A stretch of DNA of 64,000 nt from the human T2T-CHM13v2.0 reference genome, Homo sapiens: assembly GCF_009914755.1 (NCBI RefSeq), contig NC_060926.1. One strand, 5' to 3'. Each line of letters opens with the position of its first letter. Positions within the stretch are counted from its first letter, which is position 1. Positions 30,361 through 44,490 of this stretch are shown here, one piece after another. The notes under the pieces were generated by a model, which was not told the DNA's origin, did no database searches, and worked only from the letters and a program-made list of their open reading frames with translations. The translations under genes and the position numbers were made by a program.

Positions 30361-31044
30361 AAAATTCCAGAAGGCTTTTATTTTTGGTTGAAATTGGCAA
30401 GCTGATTTTAAAATTTATAAGGGAATGTGAAAACATAGAGCGCACAAAACAATTTTGCAAAAGATCAAAGTTATAGGACTCATATTACCTGATTTCAAGA
30501 TCTTATAAATCTGTATAATCAGGACATGGTGGCATAAGGATAGACATATAGATTAACATAACAGAATAGAATCCAGAAATAAAGCCACACATATATTTGC
30601 AATTGATTTTTGACAAAGGGCTTAGGTAAGTCAGTGGGAAAATAATAGTCTTTTCTAAAATTGTTTCTGGAATAATTGGATATTCATATGGAAAAATAAT
30701 ATTTTCAAATCCTTACCTCACATCATATGCAAATGTTATTTCAAAATATATTATATATATTATATGCATAAAAATAAAAGCTGAAACGTTAAAACTTATA
30801 AAAAGAAACATAACAAAAATCTTTGTAACATCAAAGTAGGTAAAATTTTCTCAAATAGGACATTAAAAATGTACCGTAAAGGAAAAGAAAGATAAATTGG
30901 AATTTACCATAATTAAAGATGTGTGCTCTGCAAATGACACAATTATAAAGAAAATTAAAACACATGTCACAGGCTAGCAGAAAAAAATTATAAAACATAT
31001 ACATATGAAAAAGCACTTGTATCCAGACTAGATAGAGAACTCTT

Positions 31045-31310
31045 CTTCTATTATTTTTGTTACATGATAATTGTACATATTTTATGGGGTACAGTCTTAT
31101 ATTTCAGTTCATGTATACAATGTGTAATGATCAAATCAGGGTAATTGTGATATCCATCACCTCCAGCATGTATCCTTTCTTCACACTGGGAATTCAAAAT
31201 CATCTCTTCTAGATATTTGAAAATATCCAATAAATATTGTTAACTATAGTTCTCCTACAATGCCATAGAACACTAGAACTTATTCTTCCTATCAAGCTGC
31301 AACTTTGTTA
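31045..31310 (-). mobile_element. L1MA 3' end
   Basis: attgtacatattttatggggtaca...atacaatgtgtaatgatcaaatcagggtaatt...tagaacactagaacttatt. Confidence 0.85.
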
Positions 31311-31493
31311 CATAAAAAATTCTTTTAACATTCATTTATAAGAAAAATGATCTAATAAAAATGGGCAAAAAATTAAATATATTTTACAAAAAAGATGTAT
31401 GAATTGCCAGTAAGCACTCAAAAAGACTCTCAACATTAATAGCTGACATAGAAATGAAAATGAAAATTAAATTGTGATTCTATTACACACCCA

Positions 31494-31643
31494 TTAGAAT
31501 GGCTAACATTTAAAAACTAAAATTACTTAGTGTTGATGAGAATATGAGCAACTAAAACTAAAACAATGTTAGAATGGCTAACATTTAAAAACTAAAATTA
31601 CTTAGCATTGATGAGAATATGAGCAACTAGAACTAAAACTACG
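31494..31643. repeat. 75-bp tandem duplication within the old L1
   Basis: Copies at 31494-31568 and 31569-31643, with 5 differences counted by eye. Confidence 0.95.
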
Positions 31644-31884
31644 TTGGCAGTAGGAATGTAGAATGCTATAACTTTCATGGAAGATGTTTACAAAGTTAAT
31701 AATACATTTACCATACATTCCAGCAACATCACTTCTAATTACTTAACCCTCCCCCAAAAATGAAAACCTAAGTTCAGGCAGAGATTTCCACATGAATGTT
31801 AATAAAAGCTTTATTCATATAGCCAAAACCTGGAAGCAACACAAACATCCAACAACACAATATTTATTCACAGATTTTGGTATA

Positions 31885-32763
<879 letters not shown>

Positions 32764-34559
32764 ACATAAAATAGTGAAGCAATTGAAAGGAATAATCTAA
32801 GTATGAATGCAACAGCATGTGCAAATTTTAAGATAACTATGTTGAGTAAAAGCAGTCAGATACAATAGAATATATACTATAATTCTATTTATATGAAATT
32901 CTTAAAAAGATGAAACCATAGTGATAGAAAGCACATCAGTAGACTACATATAATATACTAAAATGAAGAGCTTCTCTATATCAAGGAGTCTATTAGAAAT
33001 ATAAGTAAATGGTGTAATATCCTCTAGCTACATGATCTATAAGTGTACATTGTTACTATATATGTTCAAATACCAATATCAAAGAAATAGAGGTGCTGAA
33101 TTTTCTTACTTTTAATTTTGCAAATGGAGGCATATAGACAAATAATTATGCCACAGATACTTTTGACATATATAATATTAATATTTAGATTAAGTGGTTA
33201 ACAATATAGGAGTAAAATATAATATGAACAAATCAGCATTACTAGGAGAGCTTTAAGGTTTTACTTTCATTCTTCTGTCATTTAATTTTCAATCAAAATG
33301 TTACCTCAACATGGGTTTCTGTAACTAATGGGCTAAAACATATATTGAAGGTAAAATTCATGTCAACCTTGATTTTTCTCACTCCATGACATGGTCTGAA
33401 TCTTAAAACCTCACAAAGTGCAGCTACATATACTTCTGTAAATGCCCCACCCATGATACCAATGGCACCATTTCCATGGTAACTTTGGTGCTTGAAAAGG
33501 GAAAAAACAAAAGGAGTCTTAAGAAAATTGACAAAGTGAACAAAATAAATTATTAGATTGAACATATGTGGCATAAACAAAATATGGGGTACAGTTATTA
33601 AAAATGAATTGCCTTTCTTAAAATGAAAACAAGCATAACTCAAGCATGGAACTTCAGCTTATGGAAAATGTGGTCATTCTAACCTCAGAGCAGTAAAATT
33701 ATTTCAGTACCTCTGATATCACAAAATTAGGAGCTTATATACACATCAACAGATTTAATCATCCTTTTATTGTGGAGGCTCAAATTTCCACGCAATTTTT
33801 ACATTATTAATGAATTAAAAGAACAAAAATTGATGTGCAGTATTAGATTTATACCAATAAATATCTATTTTATATTTGTATTATACTAACACAAAATATA
33901 TATTTCAATATTATTGTATAAATTACATTGTCTTCAAAATAGAAACACAATGTCAATTTTATACCACGAGGTACATTTAAAAAAATATTTTTATCACAGC
34001 AAATCCTGTGTCCTATTTAATTTTGATATTTTGAAGATATGTCACTGACATTAGAACAAATCACAATGAATTAAACAATGACAACTATAGAACTAAAACA
34101 CAATTCCTGTTATAGTTATATGCAATATTTTATTCTTATATGGTTATGCTTAAATCATCTAAACTAAAATCAAGCCATGCCTGCCTTTCAAAGACATTTA
34201 TTCGCTCTCAGAAGAGTATCTTACATGTCATTAAATCTATTTTGTTAACTCTATTTCATTAGATCCTTACTATCTAGTTCTGGCTTTTTCAATGTCTATC
34301 TTTCTGTTTCTATCAATTCTAAAAATTGAGGTGAATGAATTACATGCTGAACACCAAACATCTTTGGAAAGAAGATTGATGTAGAATCCCTGAAGACTCA
34401 CTTGGCCTACTTCATCATTTTGCCTTGGGTTGGCTCTAATAATACTAATGCCCTAAACTGAAAACTAAAATTTGATTTTCAATTGTTCAAGCCCTCTAAT
34501 TCAATATAACCATGAATAATAAGATGTGATGTCTTCAGAATTATGAAGTAAAATTTGAT

Positions 34560-34855
34560 TTCCAATTGTTGTTTTATTTACTTGATGAATGCATTGAATG
34601 CCTACTATGTGAGGGGCACTGTCCTTGGCACTAGGGACACAAATTCAAATCTGGAACAGCACATCTCACACTGGAGAACTGACTTTTTAGTAAAAGTGGG
34701 AGAAAGAATAATGATTTACAGTATGATAAAAGTGAAAGAGGCTTTCCCAGGTTGTTATGGTGCATAAGAATCTGAATGGAAGAAATAAAGGAGATATTAG
34801 AAACCATCTAATCCAACTCTTTTCTTTTACATCTAAAGAAACTGGTTATCACAGA
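34560..34855 (-). mobile_element. L2 fragment plus MIR fragment
   Basis: attgaatgcctactatgtg...ggcactagggacaca, then catctaatccaactct...ttttacatctaaagaaactg. Confidence 0.6.
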
Positions 34856-37800
34856 AAGTGTGTGCCTGTGTGTGTTTTCCCAGTGTCTTATAAAAACATA
34901 AAGAGAGACTATGCAATCAAAACCTTATTGGGGTAATCTATATGTACATATATAACCAAATGTGGTATGGTGTGATATAGGGGAAGGTGTATTTGACTGC
35001 AGATCTGAAGGAGGTCTCTATTTGCACACTGTTAATTTTTTGGTAAATAGTAGCATGGGCAAGATATTCAGCCATTTCTTCACCAATATTAGGAACTCAG
35101 TTCAATCTCTATTGCTTAATTCTCCAGATTGTTATGAAGACTGAATGTAATACCAGATACACAAGTGCTTTGTAAAATTTAAAGCATAATAAATCATTTG
35201 ATAATATTTCACATAATAAACCTGGCTATATAAAGAAGGTGATTAATTTAATTGTGGGGAATTAACTGGATTAACAGAATGAAGTACATAGTTATTTGTG
35301 AATTAAAAGAGAAAATGAAAGTCATTTAATCCTTATCCATTCATTATTGGTTGTCATATTTGAGATATGCAAATACTCAGATCAACAGAGAGGAAAAAAC
35401 AATTCACAAATATAAGCACTGCATATCTATGATTCCTTCCAGTCCCGAGGCAGAGCGTGGGACTTCCATTCTGATTAGAACAGTTGGTGTAGGAAAGTTT
35501 ACATGCTGATAAACCAGTGGTGGTATCTGCTGTACTCAGTCCCTTGCAAGTCCCTTTCCTTGCAGGGAAAGACACCTTATCCATTGTAGTTACTGAAGAG
35601 GAAGCTATGAGTAGAGAGGTTTGATCCCACAGATTCTCTCCCCACTCAACTTCAGGTTTTGGAAAAAATGGCAAGTGCCAGAGCCAAACGCAAACAGTCC
35701 ATGGGTATCCAGACAGGTGAGACACAGCCTAAAATAAAATCTCTTTGAAGAATTTTAACATTGAGATATTGGGAGATTGAGGCAGTTAACAGTGGGGGAC
35801 TGAAGGTAGATGATGCCTGGAGAGAAATCATGACAGAGTCAGGACCACAAGAGCTAAGGGCAAGCTGAAGTTAAAAGGAAGCAAAGTCCATGGGTAAGTG
35901 AAATTCTATAAGATTATAGGTGTGTATGGCTAGGGGTATGGGAAGAACAATCAGAATTGGAGAATAGTCAGTCTCTAAAATTGACTTTGCTCATGAGGGA
36001 TATCCCTATTTGTCTATGACAAATTCCTTAGCATAGGCTGAGTTCCTAAAACAGCCTGAATATCTAGGGAAATTTTAAGATTTATTAAATATAGCAGTCT
36101 AGCAGGGGTGATTAGAGTTGATAAAAACAGCACCAGAATCTAGCGGTTGTTGTTCACTGAATAAGTGAGACGATGAGCTGACATCTGAGGATTTTACGCA
36201 TTTTATTACCTACATCATTACCGGGAGGAATCTGGCCTTGTGGAATAGTCAAATGGCCTATTGGAGACTCAGTGAAAGCATTTTTGGAAGACAACACCTA
36301 ATAAAATTAGAATGCTTATCTTGAAAGTTGTGAGCATTGTGTTATACTGGACATTTCTCATACATTTCAGATCCATCCTCTCAGTCATGCCATTTGTTCC
36401 AGACACCACTGCAATCACAAGTTTCATACAGATTTTTACCAGATTCAAGCAGGTACAACCAAATAGCACTTCACACCTTAGACCAATACTGAACTGTTTC
36501 CTTTCTCGGGAATTTTCTGTCTTCATGATGTGGGATGTCCATTGGAATTGTCAAAGTCCAGTGCAACCCAAAAACCATGCCTGACTGTTAGTAAATGGGA
36601 GCCAAAAGGGTTTCCATACTTCTCTGAGTAGATAGTTTTCAAATTTTAGCCATAAAACTCAGAAGTTTCACAGGATCAAGCACAACAGGCTATGGCTACA
36701 GCCAACTTAATAATTCATTCTGGCATGGGTTTTTTCCTTTCTTCTCTGTTTCATACTCTTAGCCTACACTTCTGTTTGCCAATATAGCATTGCTAAATAA
36801 ATTATTCACATGTAATCTTTATTGCAGGCTTTTGCTTTCAGATCTTAGGCTTATCTTGATCAGCCTAAGACAATTTGTGCAGAAAGGAAATTCTCAGAAG
36901 CTGAATTTGAAACTGAACCACTATTCCACTATTAAATGGCCAGGAGGCATTAAAGACCCCGTTGGTGATGGTTCATGGGATTCTTATAGATCACAATAAT
37001 AAGACTTTTGTCAAATGGGTTGAGGTGCAGATTCAAAGTGAAACGTGGGGTTATGCAGTAGTTGTGGCACTTCTAAAGTATAGAAGAAAAGGTAATAACA
37101 TGAATTGTGAATTCAAATGACTTTGTCAACTGCTTTGGAAGCCTTGAGAAAAGAGAAAGTGAGAACTAGAGATCCTTCCTTATCTTTCAAAGTTACAGGA
37201 AAGAATGTGATGAAAATCAGGTTTAGAGGGGCAATAATATCCAAAGTGCAAATGTAACTAAATATATAAGATCAACAGGTCATTTATGCCCAAGTAGTGC
37301 CCTGATAGGGAAAGAATGGGGTCTTAAGACTTGGGATGAAGATATGTGGGTACACAAGTATGTTATCCTGAACCCCTAAATTTCATTGAACGTTCCATGC
37401 TGGCAAAAGTGGTCTTTTTTTTCTACTTGAAGAGAGTAGCCTTCCATTGTCTAGAGACCCTATATGAACACACTAGATAATGTGACAAAAACTTCATTAG
37501 GTAATAATTGCTCTCCTCAAGATCTGCTCCTGCCTCTCCTTATTGACACCAACACAATGACCAGGATAGGATAACAGCTCAGCATGAGCAGGAAAACACA
37601 TTCCCTCTTCAGAGAGTAAACAATTTACTCACCTAATGAATTACACAACCTGTCTAAATCCCTTTGGCAAGAATCAGGGAAGATGTGTCAAAGTAGAACT
37701 TACGGGGGTTGGACTTTGGACCAGAACGTAAAATTAGATAAGAAAAAATTTATTAATATGAACTCATTCACCATGATTCAGAGTTTAATGTCCTATAAAG

Positions 37801-38164
37801 ACACTTTAGCCAAACCGAATAAGGAGTTTTAGCCCAACTCCTTATTAGAGTGATCTCTTAGTGAGCTCACTGGGTCTATGCAACTATACTGTGGTTGTTT
37901 TACTGACTACTGACTACTATATTGTGATAGATATATCTATTAAATAGTAGAGTTTTCACACTGGTTCCCACATCTGTGGAGTAAGTTTCTTTGTGGTAAG
38001 AAGGGTTACATGGATCCCTTAAAATTGTTCTCACTTAACCAAGATAATACATTATAAGTAATACTGCATTCTGGGAGGATTTGAAGAGACTAGTGTCACT
38101 ACCAACAGATGCAGGATAATACTCCTCATAATATCCTCATACAGAAAAAATGCTACAAAAATCA

Positions 38165-38465
38165 GAAGGGCTACAACAAAATTTAACCCAGTGGTAGCTT
38201 CAGTAGCAGCTACTGTAAAGAATATAACATTTTTACTGGAATAGATGTCATCTCTGGCAGTTGGTATTGCAGCTACTGAACCAATGAATACATTCTTCTC
38301 AATTCCATTCAATAAGGATGGTCAAAACCATTCACTTGCACATGGAAAGTATTCAATACACAATCATTATCTTGCCTCAGAGCCACATTAACTCTATTGC
38401 TCTCTGCTAAAATACAATCTATGGGAACCTCAATCAACTTGACATTCTGGAGAATGTCATGCTGC
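38165..38465 (+). pseudogene. ERVL pol reverse-transcriptase remnant (frameshifted)
   Basis: Hand translation gives KFNPVVASVAATVKNITFLLE* / AATEPMNTFFSIPFNK / QYTIIILPQSHINSIALC*N. Recalled HERV-L: KLNQVVTPIAAAVPDVVSLLEQ / AAIDLANAFFSIPVHK / [20 protein letters not shown]. Confidence 0.85.
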
Positions 38466-39559
38466 AGAAAACTCCACAGAAATTCATAAGTCTCCCACAT
38501 TTGTGAATATTCCAAGGATCTAAAGATCTGGGCAATGCTGGGAATTCCATTTAAAGGTAATAATGAAAGCTGTTGTAAGTTGTACTTCAAAAAACCAAGA
38601 ATAAAGCACAAGCCTTTCAAAACCTTTTTGATTTTGAAAGCAACATACTCAATATTTAGGAATATTACATTTGTCAGGTAACTCTGAAGTGACAGTTTTA
38701 AGTGGATCTACAGCAAGGGAGAACTCTATAGCAAATTTAGACTGTATATAAATTGCCCTGACACTCAGGCCCTACTATCTAGTAGAGCCAATGGTGATAC
38801 AGGTAGCCAAGGTGAATAAGAACACTATGTGGAGTCTCTGGCAAGTCACAAAAGGAGAGTCACAGCATCTGCATTCTGGAGCAAAGCTTTGTTTCTGCTG
38901 CAAGGCACCATTCTGTGTTTACAAAATTAATCCTGACTTGTTACTAATCCTTAGCAGTGTCTGAGCACATGACCATGAGATACCGGATAACCCTAAAACC
39001 AAAGCTTCTCCTGATGAACTTGGTATTATCAAATCCATAGAGTCCTAAGGTAGGGCTGTCAGAGCAATAATCCATCATCTCATGGAAATACTGTATTTGA
39101 AGTCCAGAAGGAGTAAGTAAATCACATAAATACATAGCCAAAACTCCCAGGGCACCAACTACTGTCAGACTAACCATCTTTCCTTCAACTCACAATCATG
39201 GGCTCATGGGAGATTTTCCCAACACCAATTGGTGGAGAAGGAAAACAGGTTCACAGTTAGATCAGTGTGACATGTTGGTGCTAGGCATATAAAGAAAGGG
39301 GTGAGAGGAAGTACCACCAATGGGAAGAGCTGAGAGTAGAATAGTTATCCATTCAACTACATGGCAATGGAAGTGGCATACAGTTATACATAAATTCTTA
39401 GACTTAGCTGATTGGCTAGGGGCACAGAAGGAGCATAATTAGAAAATCAGAGACAACACAGTAGGAAAGAAGTATGTGAATAACATACATAATCAGTCAC
39501 AAAGCACATTAATCTTTGGGTCTAAAGTTAATGCCAAGAACACAGCATTTACCACAGCG

Positions 39560-40410
39560 GATGTATTCAATAACTAAGTGGACAGAATGCATCAACTTAA
39601 GAATGTCAGCTAGCTTCTGTCCTTAGCCCCTTCAGTGAAGGAACATGGGCTCATAATGGAGTAACTATGGCATCAGGGTTAGAGAATATACATAAACCCA
39701 ACAAGATGGGCCGCCTTTCACCCAGGCTTATCTACCTACTGCCACTGATGAAAGTCTAACCTGCCATCAGTAAAGACCAATGGTCACCCTTGCATATGGC
39801 TATACTCTTGAAAAATACCAGCTACCCACTTGATGTCAGGTGAATTACATCAGATCCTTTATACTCTGGAAGCAACAGCAATTTCATCTTACCACAATTA
39901 AACCTACCTCTCCTTCCTTGCTCACAATTCCTTTTCCAGCACCATTTTTTCATAAGATATATAACATAGTATTTGCAGAAAAATAAATCTGAAAGAATAT
40001 ATGATAAAATATTTGCAATGATTATTACTATGAGCTTGAACTTTCTTCTATATCACTGATGGATTTATAGTTTGTATAAGAAACAAACATTACTTTTGTA
40101 AGCAGAAAAAATAATAAAAGTTTTTATTCATTGAAAAAAAAAAAGATAGCAGAATATCTGATCCATAGGCATGATATCCTGAACAATATTGGTTTTGATC
40201 AAGAGACCCATCTTATGACAACAGAAATATGTTAAAGAGCACATGACCAAGGATCCACTAGTTTTATATACTTTATTATTGATAAGTGGTTAGCCTAATA
40301 AAATGGCATATTAAAGGAGTATTATAAGCTCATCTAAGAACCTATTCAGAGGAAAACCAGTCAAGTTTGGCACATTATCTTCTAGGATATATTATATGCA
40401 CTGAACTAAT
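39560..40410 (+). pseudogene. ERVL RNaseH end/integrase remnant
   Basis: aataactaagtggacagaatg (NNxVDRM), tgggctcat (WAH), acctgccatcag (TCHQ), caggtgaattacatcagatcc (QVNYI), gatcaagagacccatctt (DQETH vs DQGTHF). Confidence 0.75.
39960..40144 (+). mobile_element. Short L1ME-type 3' end with A-tail inside the ERV integrase
   Basis: aatctgaaagaatatat...cattacttttgtaagcagaaaaaataataaaag...(A)n, with aagata on both sides. Confidence 0.6.
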
Positions 40411-40429
40411 GATAATATTTGGTGCTATA

Positions 40430-40821
40430 TTTTTTCCAGTTCTATCAAACCATTTATTTATTTATTTCTACATTTTTTCAACTTTTATTTGAAGTTCAGG
40501 GGTACATGTGCAGGCTTGTTACATATGTATACCCGTGTCATGAGGGTTTGTTGTACAGATTATTTCATCACCGAGGTATTAAGCCTGGTACTCATGAGTT
40601 ATTTTTCCTGAACCTCTAACGCCTCCCATTCTCCACCCTCTAATAGGCCCCAGTGTGTGTTGTTCCCCTCTATGTGTCGATTTATTCTCACCATTTAGCT
40701 CCCACTCATAAGTGAGAACATGCAGTAGTTTTCTGTTCCTGTGTTAATTTGCTAAGGATAATGGCTTCCAGCTCCATCCATTTTCCTGGAAAGGACATGA
40801 TCTTGTTCTTTTTTATGGCTG
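40430..40821 (-). mobile_element. L1PA13-like 3' end inserted in the provirus
   Basis: aacttttatttgaagttcaggggtacatgtgcagg...ttgtacagattatttcatcacc...ataggccccagtgtgtgttgttcccctc. Confidence 0.9.
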
Positions 40822-40954
40822 GCACTATATTTTCTAAATTAGAATTCATTAGTCCAGAAACAAATGAGTGAAAATGGAATTGGCACCTCTCACCATCACT
40901 TCAAGTGACCTGCAGAATTTGATCTTTCCTGCCCAGAATCTTAGCCTCCGCTGG

Positions 40955-41310
40955 TAATATGGTTTGGCTCTGTGTCTCCACCCAAATCTCACCTCAAATT
41001 GTAGTCCCCACGTGTCTAGGGAGGGACCAGAGAGAGGCTACTGGATCATAGGGGTGGTTTCCCCCATGCTGTTTTCATGATAATGAGTGAGTTCTCGTGA
41101 GATCTGATGCTTTAAAAGTGGCTGCTCCCAGTCATGCTTTCTCTCCTGCTGCCATGTGAAGAAGGACCTTGCTTCTCCTTCACCTTGTTGTGACTGTAAA
41201 TTTCCTGAGGCCTTCCCAGCCATGTGGAACTGAGTCAACTAAACCTTTTTCTGTATAAATTACCCAGTCTCAGGTAGTTCTTCACAGCAGTGTGAAAATG
41301 AACTAAAACA
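40955..41310 (+). mobile_element. THE1D MaLR solo LTR, TSD GCTGG
   Basis: atatggtttggctctgtgtctccacccaaatctca...aattacccagtctcaggtagttc...actaaaaca. GCTGG at 40950-54 and 41311-15. Confidence 0.92.
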
Positions 41311-42849
41311 GCTGGATTACAGGTCCTGGTTCCCAGAAGGCACTGCTTCCACATTGAGATGCTGAAAGAGTGAAAGAGTTCCATAGTATTTGAAGTAATA
41401 ACCCCCATGTAATCATTTGGGGCTTCTTATTACAATGGATGACAAGTAAATACAGGTGTTTACAGGGATTACCAACCTTGAGTACTATGAATAGTGAGGA
41501 TGTGATCCAGAAATAAAATGGCTTGAATCCAGAGGCTTGACAAGAATGTCTTTTGTTGTTTCCGTGACCCATGGTAATAATGAACGTAGTTGTTGAAACC
41601 ACAGCACAACGACTATAGCACAAGTCTAAGTGCTTGGACTTGTCAACGATGAAGATCTAGATCACTCTATCAGACAAGTCACTTGACTAACCAATGTTCT
41701 AGCCAAAGGTGAGAAAAAAATCTAGAATGTCTGAGGAAGGAGTTAGATGATAGGTATTGTTTATGGCTTCAGAACTAGCTTCAATAGCAGCAACTGTAAC
41801 TTGCCCCACTAACTCTCTTGTATTAAATCTTTGAGGAGATTTAATCTGGCCCCAACTTTGAAGAGGAATCTGTGACAGACTGGATTTCTAGAGAACACAA
41901 GTGTATCCATGTGATGCAAGGGGTGCATTGTTCTCGGCACCATCTCTTACAACAACTCCAGCTACAGCAAACCGTTCTGCACAGCTTTTGACTAGTTTTT
42001 CACAGGTGCAATCTGGTCCACTTTACCTCAGCCCTATGCTGCATACATATCACTCCCTGTCTCAGAGTTCACTGACATGGTGGCATGAAAAACTCACAGA
42101 GACCAGCTTGGAGTCACATGTATAAAACCTAGAAATGTAGTAAAATTAATGCCAATGAAGTCACCCTTGACTGAAAGGGGATGGAAGTTGAAGAATAAGT
42201 GCTTCTTTTCTTCCTTTGAAATGCATTTCTTAGAAGTTCTTATATGATCCCTCAAAAACAAGCACAAAGTTATATGTATCAGTAGCCAAAACATGATTTT
42301 TTTGTATGTGCTTTCCCTTTTTCTCTAATTTACTCCTCAATCTGTATTTCTAGTCTCTGGGATCTCTTTCTAAATAAACAAATTGCCTGAAATTCTTTGT
42401 CTCTGGCCTTGCTTTTAGGGAAATTTAGGCTAACGCTGGGAGAACATTGAGTTGACTACAATTAAAACCCTGTAATGGAGGGTTTTTTTAAAAAAAAAAC
42501 CACTCTTTGTAATATGTAATAGATAAGACTTGAAATGTCCAACCAGTCATCCAGGATCCCCGGGCTTCAAATAAATGGTAAGAAAACACATTTTGGCAAT
42601 AAAGAACAAGTATCTGAGAATCCCCAGAAATGTCATTACTTGAAAGAAAGTAATATACTCTAATCAGCTGGTAAAGAGTTGAGGGTAAAGCAAAAGTACA
42701 GAAGACAACAAAAAATGAGAGAGAGAAAGATAACAGACTATAGCAGCATTGGTGATCAGAGCCACCAGAGCAGACAAACCTAGAGGGAGACAGATAATTT
42801 TGATGGGGAAAATGAGAGTCAAGGGGAAAAAAGAACCAAGGACAGCTTA

Positions 42850-43065
42850 GTAGCAACAAGTTTACACACAGCAGGCACTATTTAAATGTTTTACATATGC
42901 TAACTAATATAATACTTGTAAAAACTCTATAAGTGCTCCTCCTTTGACAGATAATAAAACTGAAGTGCATAGAGTTGAAGTGACTTGTCTAAGATGACTC
43001 AATTAGGAGCTAACAGACTTTGGATTTTAGTGCTAGAAATCTGACTCTAGAGTCCACTATGCTAC
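42850..43065 (-). mobile_element. MIR
   Basis: tttgacagataataaaactgaagtgcatagagttgaagtgacttgtctaagatgac. Confidence 0.75.
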
Positions 43066-43099
43066 ACAGATCCCTTAACTGGCCTCCAACATCCTGCTT

Positions 43100-44490
43100 T
43101 CTATTGTGATAAAATAGACATAACATAAAATGAACCATTTTGCCATTTTAAGTATATAGTTCAGCATGATTAAGTACATTCATAATTGTTGTGCTACCAT
43201 CATAACCCTTCAGCCAAAGAACTCTTTCCATCTTGCAAAACTGAAATTCTTTACCCATTTAACAATAACCCTATAAATTCCCCCTAATCTCCAGTCTCTG
43301 ATAACCACTATCTACTTTTGTCTCTGGATTCTACTATTTTGGGTACTTCACATAAGTGGGATCGTGCAGTATGTGTCCTTTTGTAACTGGCTTATTTCAC
43401 TTAACATAATATCCTCAAGATTCATCCATGTTGTAGCAGGTGTCAGAACTTCCTCCCTTCCAAAGACTAAATAATATTCTCTTGTGTGTATATATGCATC
43501 AGCCTTTTCGCTCTGGGAAACAATGATTTTATGAACATGAGTGTACAAATATTTCTTTGAGTTCCTGCTTTCAATATTTTCAAGTGTATACTCAGGAATG
43601 AAATTGCTGAATTACATCTTCCAAATGGTTTCCCACAGCAGCTACACCATTTCCACCAACTGTGCCCAAGTGTTCCAATTTCTCTACGTCCTCACAACAC
43701 TTACTTATTTGTGTCTGTGTGTGTGTGCTTGTTTTTGATAGTAGCCATTCTAATAAGTGTGTGGTGGTATCCCATTGTGGTTCGGTTTTCATTTCACTAA
43801 TAATTAATGATGTTGAGCATCTTTTCATATATTTGTTGGTCATTTGTATATCATCTTTGGAGAAATACCTATTCAATTTCTTTGCATGTTTTTTGATCAG
43901 GTTTTTTATTATTGATGAGTTGTAGAAGTTATTTAATATTCTGTAGATTAACTCCCAACAGACAAATGAGTTGCAAATATTTTTTCTCATTTCATAGGTT
44001 GGCTTTTCACTCCATTGATTGTGTCATTTGAAGTACAGAAGTTTTACATTTTGTAGTTTAATTTATCTATTTTTTTTCTTTCCTTGCTAAGAAATCATTG
44101 CCAAATTCAATGTCATAAATCTCTTCTCTTATGGTTTCTCCTAGGAGTGTTATAGTTTTAGGTCTTACATTTAGGTCTTTAATCCATTTTAAGTTAATAT
44201 TTGTGTATAATGTAAAGTATAACTTAATTTTCTGCATGTGGATACCGAGGTTTCCCAGCATTATGTTTTGAAAAGGCTGTCCTTCTCTCACTGAATGGTC
44301 TTGGCACCCTTCTCAAAACTTATTTGACCTTTTATGAGAGTGTTTGCTTCTGGGCTGTCTATTCTATTCTACTGGTCTAACTACCTGTCTTCATGCCAGT
44401 ACCACATTGTTTTTACTACTGTAGCTTTCTAAGTTAGTTTTAAAATCAGGAAGTATGAGACCTCCAAATTTGTTTCTCTTTTTAAATAAT
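43100..44490 (-). mobile_element. L1MB-type 3' fragment
   Basis: cataacataaaatgaaccatttt, ggcttatttcacttaacataat, gatgttgagcatcttttcat. ORF-track fragments (MNLEDIMLSEISQ, KWIKDLNVRPKTI) are ORF2-like. Confidence 0.88.

Larger units (their letters stand above)
36338..42436 (+). mobile_element. Ancient ERVL-class provirus (LTR16 / ERV3-16A3-like) with both LTRs
   Basis: 5' LTR ~36338-36872 ends aataaa...gcctaagaca and is followed by a degenerate PBS-like atttgtgcagaaagg. gag/pol remnants follow, then a PPT-like aaggggtgcat and a 3' LTR ~41929-42436 with a matching aataaa...cttgcttttaggg...ggctaa end. Confidence 0.8.

Noticed and set aside
35340-35950. Possible ancient LTR or 123-aa ORF
   Set aside because: I could not assign a family or homologue from sequence alone.
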